A program made the translations under genes and the position numbers. A stretch of 46,012 nt of DNA. It comes from Methylococcaceae bacterium. GTDB taxonomy: Bacteria; Pseudomonadota; Gammaproteobacteria; Methylococcales; Methylomonadaceae. Within the stretch, counting starts at the first letter, position 1; each line of letters starts with the position of its first letter. Below, piece after piece: positions 37,724 through 46,012 of this stretch. The DNA is taken from the NCBI GenBank assembly GCA_947504985.1, contig CANNKH010000001.1, positions 1-46,012 of the forward strand, read 5' to 3'. The notes beneath the pieces are model-generated. The model worked only from the letters and a program-made list of their open reading frames with translations. It made no database searches and was not told the DNA's origin.

Positions 37724-40700
37724 GTGAATATAATCTTGATTAGGACTCATGACATGACCACATTAAGACGTATTATTTACGAGTCTTTTATCTTGGTTAT
37801 GGGCGTGTCTATCACAACTATCGGACTTCTAGCTCTGCTTGGTTGGATACTGGACACACCTGTCCTGACTTCTTGGCAAACCAACACCCTGCCAATGGCG
37901 CCATTTACTGCGCTGCTGTCTATCCTGTTCGGTGGAGTCTTTGTTTTTAACGCCAAAAGATCTACATCCCGCATTACTTTCATGCTGACCATTTTCTTGG
38001 CCTGGATAGGAGCGATGATAGCCTTGTGGTTGTTTACATTGCGGATATTAAATAGTTATTGGTCGATAGAGTTTCTTGGTCTGAATATTACCGGAATGCT
38101 GGGCGATGCACCTATAGGATATATTTCACCCATTACGGCACTATGCTTTTTGCTTGCGAACCTAGCCTTTTTGATCACTCTACCTCAAGGTTCACATCGT
38201 CTCTGGCGAGGCTATCTTGCCTCGATTTTGGCTGGGTTGCTTACGCTTGTTAGTTTTACGCTCCTGCTTAGCTATTTCTTCGGTTTACCTCTGCCTATCA
38301 GTAATGGACTTATCCGCCCTGCGCTAAACACCAGTTTTATTCTGCTATTGATGGGTATAGGGCTACTGATAGTTGCCCATCTTCGTATCATGTTCTCGGA
38401 TGATGAGTCTGAGGTCATAGAAATAGATAGGCTAATCTACGTCCTATTTTTTTCTGCATTAACTGCCAGCATCCTAATCGCTGCATTTCAGTCCTATCGT
38501 ACGACTGAAATCAAGTTTCGTAAGGGCGTGGAGTTACAGTTGCTGGCAGTGTCGGAGTTGAAAACAAGACAACTAAGCCAATGGCGGATTGAGCGCCTAG
38601 GTGATGGAGCCTTAGCCCAGAGTACATTGATTAATTCTGTTGTGCGGCAATATTTGGAAACGACGAGTAACATGTCCACACAGGGGGCTTTACAGGATTG
38701 GTTTGAACGTATGCTGCACGACAGTCACTACGGATATGAAAGAGGTTTTCTGCTTGATGCGCAAGGCGTCGTTCGTATGTCGATACCCACTAAGTTAGAG
38801 CCTTTAGCCACTACTTTAAAAAATAGTGCGATGGCCGCACTGCGCACAAACCAGATCATATTCCAGGACTTTTTTCGTGACGAGTACGACCAGAAAGTCT
38901 ATATGGCACTGTTAGTACCGATATCAAACGAACAGGATAGCAATCATCCTTTAGGCGTGATTGTGTTGCGCATAGATCCAAACCTCTACTTATATCCCTT
39001 CATTAAGCAGTGGCCAACGATTAGCGCTACAGCCGAAACACTATTGGTGCGCAGAGATGGCAATGAGGTGCTATTTTTAAATGACCTTCGCTTTTCGATG
39101 GATGCAGCCTTAAAAAAGCGCATTCCAGTGACGGGTAACTCGAGTATACCTGCTGTAAAAGCGGTAATAGGTCAGCGTGGCGTGGTGGATGGCATAGATT
39201 ATAATGGCTTTCAAGTGATTGCTGTCTTGAGCAACATTCCAGACACCTCATGGTTGCTTGTGACTAAGATAAATAATGCCGAAGTATACGCTCCATTAGA
39301 CACTAGCTTGAGGCTGACGGCATTGCTGGCGATCAGCATGATTTTCGGTGTGGGTGTTGCAATGTTTTTGCTGCGACGTCAGCACCTGCAAGAGCTTAAA
39401 CGAATCCTGCTTGAATCAAGCATGGCAGCATTGAAGAATAAGGAACTACATAGTAGCCTACTCAAAACCACCATGGATGGTTATTTTCTGATAGATAGTC
39501 AGGGAGGCTTGCTAGAAGTCAACGACACCTATTGCCGGATGAGTGGTTATACTGCCCAAGAACTGTTGGGCATGCGCGTTGCAGATTTGGAAGTCAACGA
39601 TACAGACGAAGATGTTATTTGGCATCTCCAGAACACTTTCGTTCAAGACGGAAATCGCTATGAGACCAGACACCACCGCAAGGATGGGAGTGTTTTTTAT
39701 GTTGAGGTTAGCATACAGTGTCTGTCTGTCAATGTGAGGCGGCAGTTTATTGTTTTTGTGCGGGATATTAGCCAGCGTAAATTAGCTGAAGAGGCTCTGC
39801 AGGCAAGTAAGGCACACTTGGATTTTGCTTTGCAAAAAATTGATACCGGAGCATGGAAACTAAATCTGCTCGATCACTCGGCGCATCGCACCCTACTCCA
39901 CGATCGTATTTTTGGCTATCAGACCTTTTTACCCAATTGGACCTATGAAATGTTCCTTGAGCATGTTCTACCCGAAGAACGTCAGAAGGTAGATCGGCAA
40001 TTCCATGATGCAATAATAGCAAAAACCTCTTGGAGCTTCGAGTGTCGCATTCGCCGTGCCGATGGTGAGGAGCGCTGGATTTATGGCGCAGGCGATTTTT
40101 TGCAAAATTCCAAAGGCGATACCGAGTGGATGTCAGGTATTTTGCAAGATATCACCGAACGTAAGCTCGCTGAAGACAAACTTCGCCTATCCTCTAGTGT
40201 GTTCGCTCATGCTTGGGAAGGGATCTTAATCACCACCACTGATGGCACGATCGTAGATGTCAATGATGCGCTAAGCCGAATTACGGGTTATAGCCGTGAC
40301 GAAATGCTGGGCAAAAATCCGCGTATTTTTAGTGCAGGTCTTCAGGATCGCACTTTTTACGCTGAATTGTGGAACAGTTTGATAGAGAAAGGTCATTGGT
40401 ACGGTGAAATCTGGAATCGACGCAAAAGCGGTGAAATGTATGCCATTATTGAAACGATCAGTGTCGTCAACGATGATCAGGATATCCCAAGACATTACGT
40501 GGCCATGTTGACCGACATCACTCAACTCAAGTTACACGAAAATGAATTAATGCATATCGCTCACTATGACCCACTGACTAATTTACCCAACCGCATTCTA
40601 TTGGCTGACCGTATGCACCAAGGTATCACTCAGGTTCATAGAAGAAATAAATCCTTGGCAGTGATTTTTCTTGATCTAGATGGTTTTAAAGCCATTAACG

Positions 40701-41866
40701 ACAAAAACGGCCATGAAGTGGGTGATCGTTTGTTGATAGTCCTTGCGGGCCGTATGGAGCAGGCGCTACGCGAAGGCGATACCTTCGCTAGAATTGGTGG
40801 CGATGAGTTTGTCGCCGTGCTGCTGGATCTAGACACTGAAGACACGGCCATACCAATGCTTAATCGCCTACTTGCTGCCGCTTCTAAACCTGTGATATTT
40901 AGCGACATTAGCCTACAAGTCTCTGCGAGTCTGGGGGTGAGTTTTTATCCGCAGGCGGAAGAGGTTGATGCTGATAAGTTGCTACGTCAAGCCGACCAAG
41001 CCATGTATCAGGCTAAGGCGGCTGGCAAAAACCGTTACCACGTCTTTGATGCCGTTCTTGACAATAACATTCGCGTTCGTCATGAAAGTCTGGATCGTAT
41101 CCATGCAGCTTTAATCAAACAGGAATTCGTGCTGTATTACCAACCTAAGGTCAATATGCGCACAGGGACTATTGTCGGGGTTGAAGCGCTAATCCGCTGG
41201 AATCACCCTGAAAAAGGCTTGTTATCGCCAGCGTTATTTTTGCCCGAGATTGACGATCATCCTTTGGCCATTACACTCGGCGAATGGGTGATCGATACCG
41301 CCCTAACCCAAATAGAACGCTGGCGTAGCCAAGGATTTAGCATCCCCGTTAGTGTTAATGTTGGCGCTCGTCAGTTACAGCAAACTGATTTTGTTATACG
41401 TCTACGTGACCTTTTAAAGGCGCATCCCAGCATTGTGCCGTCTTTTCTTGAGTTCGAAGTGCTAGAGACCAATGCCTTGGAAGATATAACTAAAGTATCT
41501 CATCTAATGGAGGACTGTCAGGAAATCGGGATAAATTTTGCTCTTGATGATTTTGGTACCGGTTATTCATCGCTGACTTATCTGAAACGACTTCCTGTCA
41601 CGTTACTCAAAATTTATCAAAGTTTTGTGCGAGATATACTCATTGACTCGGATGATCTAGCGATTGTTGAAGCGGTGGTTGGTTTGGGGCGTACTTTTCG
41701 CCGCCAAGTGATCGCCGAGGGAGTTGAAACCATTAAACACGGCACCCTGCTGCTGGAACATGGTTGTGAGCTGGGCCAAGGTTATGGTATCGCACGCCCC
41801 ATGCCAGCAGATAAGTTACCTGAATGGGCGAGGACTTGGAGACCTAATCTAGCTTGGGTCAACTAG
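37724..41866 (+). CDS. Membrane sensor diguanylate cyclase/phosphodiesterase (multi-TM, Cache-like, 3 PAS, GGDEF, EAL)
   Basis: About 7 N-terminal TM helices, periplasmic domain, three PAS/PAC ending DISQRK/DITERK/DITQLK. RxxD I-site plus GGDEF. EALIRW, DDFGTGYSS, AEGVE. Likely start ATG 37754. Confidence 0.95.
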   Translation: MNIILIRTHDMTTLRRIIYESFILVMGVSITTIGLLALLGWILDTPVLTSWQTNTLPMAPFTALLSILFGGVFVFNAKRSTSRITFMLTIFLAWIGAMIALWLFTLRILNSYWSIEFLGLNITGMLGDAPIGYISPITALCFLLANLAFLITLPQGSHRLWRGYLASILAGLLTLVSFTLLLSYFFGLPLPISNGLIRPALNTSFILLLMGIGLLIVAHLRIMFSDDESEVIEIDRLIYVLFFSALTASILIAAFQSYRTTEIKFRKGVELQLLAVSELKTRQLSQWRIERLGDGALAQSTLINSVVRQYLETTSNMSTQGALQDWFERMLHDSHYGYERGFLLDAQGVVRMSIPTKLEPLATTLKNSAMAALRTNQIIFQDFFRDEYDQKVYMALLVPISNEQDSNHPLGVIVLRIDPNLYLYPFIKQWPTISATAETLLVRRDGNEVLFLNDLRFSMDAALKKRIPVTGNSSIPAVKAVIGQRGVVDGIDYNGFQVIAVLSNIPDTSWLLVTKINNAEVYAPLDTSLRLTALLAISMIFGVGVAMFLLRRQHLQELKRILLESSMAALKNKELHSSLLKTTMDGYFLIDSQGGLLEVNDTYCRMSGYTAQELLGMRVADLEVNDTDEDVIWHLQNTFVQDGNRYETRHHRKDGSVFYVEVSIQCLSVNVRRQFIVFVRDISQRKLAEEALQASKAHLDFALQKIDTGAWKLNLLDHSAHRTLLHDRIFGYQTFLPNWTYEMFLEHVLPEERQKVDRQFHDAIIAKTSWSFECRIRRADGEERWIYGAGDFLQNSKGDTEWMSGILQDITERKLAEDKLRLSSSVFAHAWEGILITTTDGTIVDVNDALSRITGYSRDEMLGKNPRIFSAGLQDRTFYAELWNSLIEKGHWYGEIWNRRKSGEMYAIIETISVVNDDQDIPRHYVAMLTDITQLKLHENELMHIAHYDPLTNLPNRILLADRMHQGITQVHRRNKSLAVIFLDLDGFKAINDKNGHEVGDRLLIVLAGRMEQALREGDTFARIGGDEFVAVLLDLDTEDTAIPMLNRLLAAASKPVIFSDISLQVSASLGVSFYPQAEEVDADKLLRQADQAMYQAKAAGKNRYHVFDAVLDNNIRVRHESLDRIHAALIKQEFVLYYQPKVNMRTGTIVGVEALIRWNHPEKGLLSPALFLPEIDDHPLAITLGEWVIDTALTQIERWRSQGFSIPVSVNVGARQLQQTDFVIRLRDLLKAHPSIVPSFLEFEVLETNALEDITKVSHLMEDCQEIGINFALDDFGTGYSSLTYLKRLPVTLLKIYQSFVRDILIDSDDLAIVEAVVGLGRTFRRQVIAEGVETIKHGTLLLEHGCELGQGYGIARPMPADKLPEWARTWRPNLAWVN

Positions 41867-42484
41867 ATTTCTAAAAGCAGATTTAGAAATAAGCCAAACT
41901 CTTCCTAAAAAGCCCTGATATATACCTGAATTAGATTGAAGAAAGCAGTAGAAAATTATGCTTAGACTTGATCGTTGATCTTGTTGATAAGCCAATGAAG
42001 ACTAAAGGGCCATTTTTACGACTAATCTAGTAAAAATTGAGATGAAATTAACAGCGCACTTTACGAGAGTAGCTAGAATTAAGTCAGTATTTCACTGATA
42101 ACCACCAGTTTGGCTGTCAAGTTAAGCTCTCGCAGTATCCGCTAATCATCAAATCATACAAATTAGTTATGGTGGTTTTACTTTTACTTTCATTACCAAA
42201 CAAGAATAACCAAATTTAATCTAGGGTCAGCATTTACTCATACGGACAAACTTTATAGCAGAGCCAAAATAGTAGGGAATGAATAACCTTTATAGGTATT
42301 TCATACCCTATATTAAAGGATGATTTTACTGAGTCATGAGTATAAGTCTTGCCAAAACCCTTTCTTCTAAAGCACTCATTTTCTATCAATTCCAGTGAGA
42401 ATTAAAAAATATAAGTATTTTTTTCAAATAGTTACTTACTTCCTTGTGCTGAAAATAGAGTTTTTTGGATGTATGCAGTTCAGT

Positions 42485-42500
42485 TGGCCTATCTCGTGCA
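42485..42500 (+). promoter_or_regulatory. Putative sigma54 promoter of gvpA
   Basis: TGGCCTATCTCGTGCA has GG-N10-GC spacing, about 80 bp upstream of the gvpA ATG. Confidence 0.55.
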
Positions 42501-42578
42501 TAAGTTTAAATGTGCAATGGGTATTTTGCATAAAACTTTGTTGTTTTCATATGCTATATATTTTTAGGAGATGCCATC

Positions 42579-42797
42579 ATGGCTAAAGTACAAAAATCAA
42601 CTGACTCATCTAGCTTAGCTGAAGTTGTAGACCGTATTCTTGACAAAGGTATTGTAATTGATGCATGGGTTAAGGTTTCATTGGTCGGAATTGAATTGCT
42701 TTCTATAGAAGCACGCGTTGTTATTGCTTCTGTTGAAACCTATTTGAAATATGCTGAAGCAATTGGCCTTACAGCTAGCGCAGCTACTCCAGCTTAA
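42579..42797 (+). CDS. gvpA: Major gas vesicle structural protein GvpA
   Basis: [63 protein letters not shown]. Confidence 0.99.
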   Translation: MAKVQKSTDSSSLAEVVDRILDKGIVIDAWVKVSLVGIELLSIEARVVIASVETYLKYAEAIGLTASAATPA

Positions 42798-42813
42798 TTA
42801 AATTAAAAAAGTT

Positions 42814-42856
42814 AGAGTGCCCAAGTGTTTTTTATGTGACAGATTGGGCGCTTTTT
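42814..42856 (+). terminator. Stem-loop after gvpA (partial terminator or stabiliser)
   Basis: AGTGCCCAA...TTGGGCGCT followed by a T run. Confidence 0.65.
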
Positions 42857-42917
42857 ACCTCCTCAATAATCAAGTGTTGGGGTTTTATTTAAAAGAGATA
42901 ACCTAAGGAGAACACCT

Positions 42918-43406
42918 ATGGGAATTTTCACAAATGACATGACTAAATTACGAACTCATATTGACAATAGTCATGAGCAGCGACTATTTGAACAAAATAC
43001 ACGTACTTCTAATGTAAGAGCACAGCTTATTGACTTCGCTGCAACTCGTGTTAGTAAGGGAATTCAAGAAGCCAAAATTAGAACAGTATTTGTTAAAAAT
43101 AACACTCATGAAGTTACTCGTTTAATAAATGGATTTCAGCATTTTCGTCAGGTAATGGGGCGCCAGGGACGCGAAGAACGCGCTGCTTTTGTTAATGATG
43201 TGTCAAAAAAAACATTAGCATTGCTAACCGACTTTAATATTGAACACAGAAATATGGTTAAACGTTCTGCTAAAGAAAGAGCTGATTTTGTTGCGGCTAA
43301 TAAAAATAGTGTAGGAGCTTTTATTAAAAAAGCTTCACAAGATAGAGCCGGAGCACACGCTGTTTTTTTCGACATAGCAAAAAAAAAAGTCTCTTTCCTA
43401 GTATAG
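42918..43406 (+). CDS. gvpC: Gas vesicle protein GvpC-like (helical repeats)
   Basis: Between gvpA and gvpN. About 33-aa repeats: L.DF...R..M....A.ERA.FV. Confidence 0.8.
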   Translation: MGIFTNDMTKLRTHIDNSHEQRLFEQNTRTSNVRAQLIDFAATRVSKGIQEAKIRTVFVKNNTHEVTRLINGFQHFRQVMGRQGREERAAFVNDVSKKTLALLTDFNIEHRNMVKRSAKERADFVAANKNSVGAFIKKASQDRAGAHAVFFDIAKKKVSFLV

Positions 43407-43615
43407 CTAGTTCCAAGATTGATGACACACATATAGATGTTTTGTCATCACAGGATGAAGTTTTAGATAAAAAGGTGGAGGGGGATTTTGTTGAGAGTAT
43501 AGAAGTAAATAAGGCAAAAAAAACGACAAAATCCTCTAGGAGTTTTTTAGGCTTGAAAGATGGTAAATCGTAACCTAATGAAACATATTGCTATTTTAGA
43601 TTAATGTTTATGCTA

Positions 43616-43658
43616 TAAACCTTTGGTGTTTTTTAAATACTAAAGGTTTATTTATTTA
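43616..43658 (+). terminator. Rho-independent terminator-like hairpin
   Basis: TAAACCTTTGGTGTTT-ttt-AAATACTAAAGGTTTA followed by TTTATTT. Confidence 0.65.
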
Positions 43659-43796
43659 ATTACTTGATTTCATTTTTTTGTTAGGTTTTAGGCATAAATA
43701 TTGATAATTAAATTAAGTATGGGCTCAACTCATTCACAGCCTTATTTATGAAAAATAATGTAGTTAAATATTATCCCTAATTATAGGGAGTGACAG

Positions 43797-44813
43797 ATGC
43801 CATTTGGCATAGGAGAATTTATGATGAAGCAAAATAGCGTTTCAAGCTCACATTATGAAGTAAAAGATGATCTTATTGTGCCAGAGGCTAGTGATCATTT
43901 TGTGGTGACGTCCTACGTGAAAGAGATAATAGATCGATCGTTGGTTTATTTAAATGCGGGCTATCCAGTACATTTTGCAGGCCCATCTGGGACAGGAAAA
44001 ACAACTTTAGCCTTTCATTTAGCTTCACAATGGGGGCGTCCTGTCACCTTGTTACAAGGCAATGAAGAGTTTGTGAGTTCTGACTTAACGGGAAAAGATA
44101 TTGGATATCGTAAAAGTAGTTTAGTTGATAATTACATTCACTCAGTATTAAAAACTGAAGAACAGATGAATCGTATGTGGGTAGACAATCGTCTAACAAC
44201 AGCTTGTCGAAATGGTGATATGTTAATTTATGATGAATTCAATCGCTCTAAAGCGGATACCAATAATGTATTGTTATCCGTTTTATCGGAAGGGATTTTA
44301 AATTTGCCAGGTTTGCGAGGTGCAGGCGAAGGATATATGGATGTACATCCTGAATTTAGAGCTATTTTTACATCTAATCCGGAAGAATATGCGGGTACGC
44401 ATAAAACGCAAGATGCTTTAATGAATCGTATGATTACAATCAATGTTGGTCTGGCTGACCGAGATACTGAAGTACAAATAATTCATGCGCGATCTGAATT
44501 AGCAATAAAAGAGTCTGGCCACATTGTGGATATAGTCAGAGAGTTACATGGTGAAGATCACGAATCAAAGCATGGATTACGTGCGGGTATCGCTATAGCA
44601 CGTATCATAAAAATACAAGGTATGAAACCACGTTATGGTGATAAGTTATTTCACTCTATTTGTTACGATGTTTTGAGTATGGAAACAGCTAAAATTCAAC
44701 ATGCTGGACGTTCTATATTTCATGAAATGATTGATGGTGTGATTCGTAAATATTGTCCTCCAGTGGGTTCAGAGGCTATCAAAGTATCCACAAAAATAAA
44801 AATAGTTGAGTAA
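43797..44813 (+). CDS. gvpN: Gas vesicle AAA+ ATPase GvpN
   Basis: GYPVHFAGPSGTGKT, WVDNRLTTAC, YDEFNRS, FTSNPEEYAG. Likely start 43821 after AGGAG. Confidence 0.96.
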   Translation: MPFGIGEFMMKQNSVSSSHYEVKDDLIVPEASDHFVVTSYVKEIIDRSLVYLNAGYPVHFAGPSGTGKTTLAFHLASQWGRPVTLLQGNEEFVSSDLTGKDIGYRKSSLVDNYIHSVLKTEEQMNRMWVDNRLTTACRNGDMLIYDEFNRSKADTNNVLLSVLSEGILNLPGLRGAGEGYMDVHPEFRAIFTSNPEEYAGTHKTQDALMNRMITINVGLADRDTEVQIIHARSELAIKESGHIVDIVRELHGEDHESKHGLRAGIAIARIIKIQGMKPRYGDKLFHSICYDVLSMETAKIQHAGRSIFHEMIDGVIRKYCPPVGSEAIKVSTKIKIVE

Positions 44814-44818
44814 AAGAC

Positions 44819-45133
44819 ATGGCCATAATTACTAGTCCACCTCGAACAGTTTCAGATATTAAAACACATTCTGGTCGTAGCAGTCGTGATCATCAAGTCT
44901 ATCGCGATTATTTTCAAGTTGGCGCTCTAGAGTTAGAGCGTTGGAGAAGAACACGAGAACGTGAAGTAGCGTCATCACGAATTAATAGTATTGATAAGCG
45001 AATAGCTGAAATTGATAAAGAAAAAGAGCAGTTACTTACAAGTGCTACAACGGCATGTGAGAGATTGTACTACACAGAAAAGCCAAGACCGACTGAAAAT
45101 AAGAAATCTGCTGGTTTGCGAATCAAGTATTGA
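44819..45133 (+). CDS. Gas vesicle accessory protein, GvpV-like
   Basis: Between gvpN and gvpF as in the Serratia-type order A-C-N-V-F. DIKT...LELERWRR..E coiled coil. Confidence 0.65.
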   Translation: MAIITSPPRTVSDIKTHSGRSSRDHQVYRDYFQVGALELERWRRTREREVASSRINSIDKRIAEIDKEKEQLLTSATTACERLYYTEKPRPTENKKSAGLRIKY

Positions 45134-45143
45134 GGTTGTTGTT

Positions 45144-45335
45144 ATGAACAAAATTCATACTATTGCTGATATCCGAACGATACGGATGGCGAAAAGTTTT
45201 CGCTCTTGCGTTAGTTTGGTAGGGAAGTCACAAATTCTTGCGGATTACGGACGCATTTGTTTAGAAGAGTACTGCCGTTTAAATCGAGTCAGTAAGGCAA
45301 AAAATAAGTATATTTCATTAAGGAAAGATTTATGA
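45144..45335 (+). CDS. Small gvp-operon protein, possibly a diverged paralog of the upstream gene
   Basis: GAGG RBS, ATG 45144, TGA overlaps the next ATG. HTIADIRT resembles RTVSDIKT of the upstream ORF. Confidence 0.5.
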   Translation: MNKIHTIADIRTIRMAKSFRSCVSLVGKSQILADYGRICLEEYCRLNRVSKAKNKYISLRKDL

Positions 45336-46012
45336 GCACTAATAAATTAAGGGATAATCGAGCGAAAGTGCTTTACGCTCTTTGTGCTTCAGATGGATTA
45401 AAACCTAGCTATAAAATGCGCGGACTTGAGTCTGCAGCGGTTTATGCCATTGATCAAAATGGATTAAGAGCGGTTGTTAGTGATACCGCTAGTACTCGTT
45501 TACGTCCTGATAGAAGAAATATCAGTGCACATCAATCTGTTTTACACTCATTGACTGAAGATAGTACTGTATTACCGATGCGATTCGGTGTTATTGCTCG
45601 AAGTTCTGAAGCTATAGAAAAACTTCTTGCCTCCAACCAGGAAGCTATCAGAGAGCATTTTGAGCGATTGAATGGGCGAGTAGAAATGGGCTTACGCGTT
45701 TCATGGGACGTCGCTAATATTTATGAATATTACGTAGCTACTCATCCAAGCTTAAGACAAGGGCGAGATGAAATCTGGGATAAAAATGCCAATAACGTAA
45801 ATCATCGTGATGAAAAAATTCGTTTAGGCAATTTGTATCAATCGTTGAGAAATGCCGACAGAATAGAATTCACTGAAAAAGTAAAAGACGTATTATTTAA
45901 TTATTGCGAAGATATTGTAGAAACTGCCGTTAAAAGAGAAAAAGATGTCATGAATCTAGCTTGTTTAGTTGAAAGAGAAAAACTAGACGATTTTGCTAAG
46001 GGTGTTTTTGAA
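45332..46012 (+). CDS. gvpF: GvpF/GvpL-family gas vesicle protein (partial, runs off the window; absent from the ORF track)
   Basis: Hand translation: VLYAL...RAVVSD...AHQSVL...TVLPMRFG...GRVEMGLRVSWD...KIRLG...MNLACLV. Confidence 0.9.
   Translation, partial: MSTNKLRDNRAKVLYALCASDGLKPSYKMRGLESAAVYAIDQNGLRAVVSDTASTRLRPDRRNISAHQSVLHSLTEDSTVLPMRFGVIARSSEAIEKLLASNQEAIREHFERLNGRVEMGLRVSWDVANIYEYYVATHPSLRQGRDEIWDKNANNVNHRDEKIRLGNLYQSLRNADRIEFTEKVKDVLFNYCEDIVETAVKREKDVMNLACLVEREKLDDFAKGVFE

Noticed and set aside
42395-42586. 63-aa ORF upstream of gvpA
   Set aside because: It overlaps the gvpA promoter region and RBS, has low-complexity F/C/I composition and no RBS of its own.

Overview
Bacterial window, probably Gammaproteobacteria (the gene mix is Methylococcales-like, but the sequence alone does not prove that). 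It has four parts. (1) 1-22.8 kb: a sigma54-type PEP-CTERM gene, a variant c-di-GMP-I (GEMM-I) riboswitch, then a tightly packed 7-gene operon that is visibly more GC-rich than its flanks. Every product looks exported: pseudo-rhodanese, beta-helix/Ig protein (1243 aa), beta-helix/Ig/FN3 protein (2174 aa), signal-peptide RHS/YD protein with DPxGL cleavage site and low-GC tip, FN3/Ig/Calx-like protein (1350 aa), second pseudo-rhodanese, and a Tat-exported transglutaminase. No immunity gene or T6SS/T1SS genes are linked. This is the best candidate for an undescribed system. (2) 23-31.9 kb: a dead IS5-family element, then a minimal satellite-like integrative element (iteron origin, primase-SF3 helicase, AlpA/Xis, AbiE TA pair, tyrosine integrase) ending at a displaced 3' half of tRNA-Leu(CAA). 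(3) 31.9-35.9 kb: relics of two P4-type integrases, a 78-bp duplicated att/terminator, an inactivated GNAT TA pair and an intact RelBE-type TA pair. (4) 36-46 kb: phoU, DUF3820, a membrane PAS-GGDEF-EAL protein, and the start of a gas vesicle operon (gvpA, C, N, V-like, F/L). All family calls are by-eye motif recognition; no searches were run.
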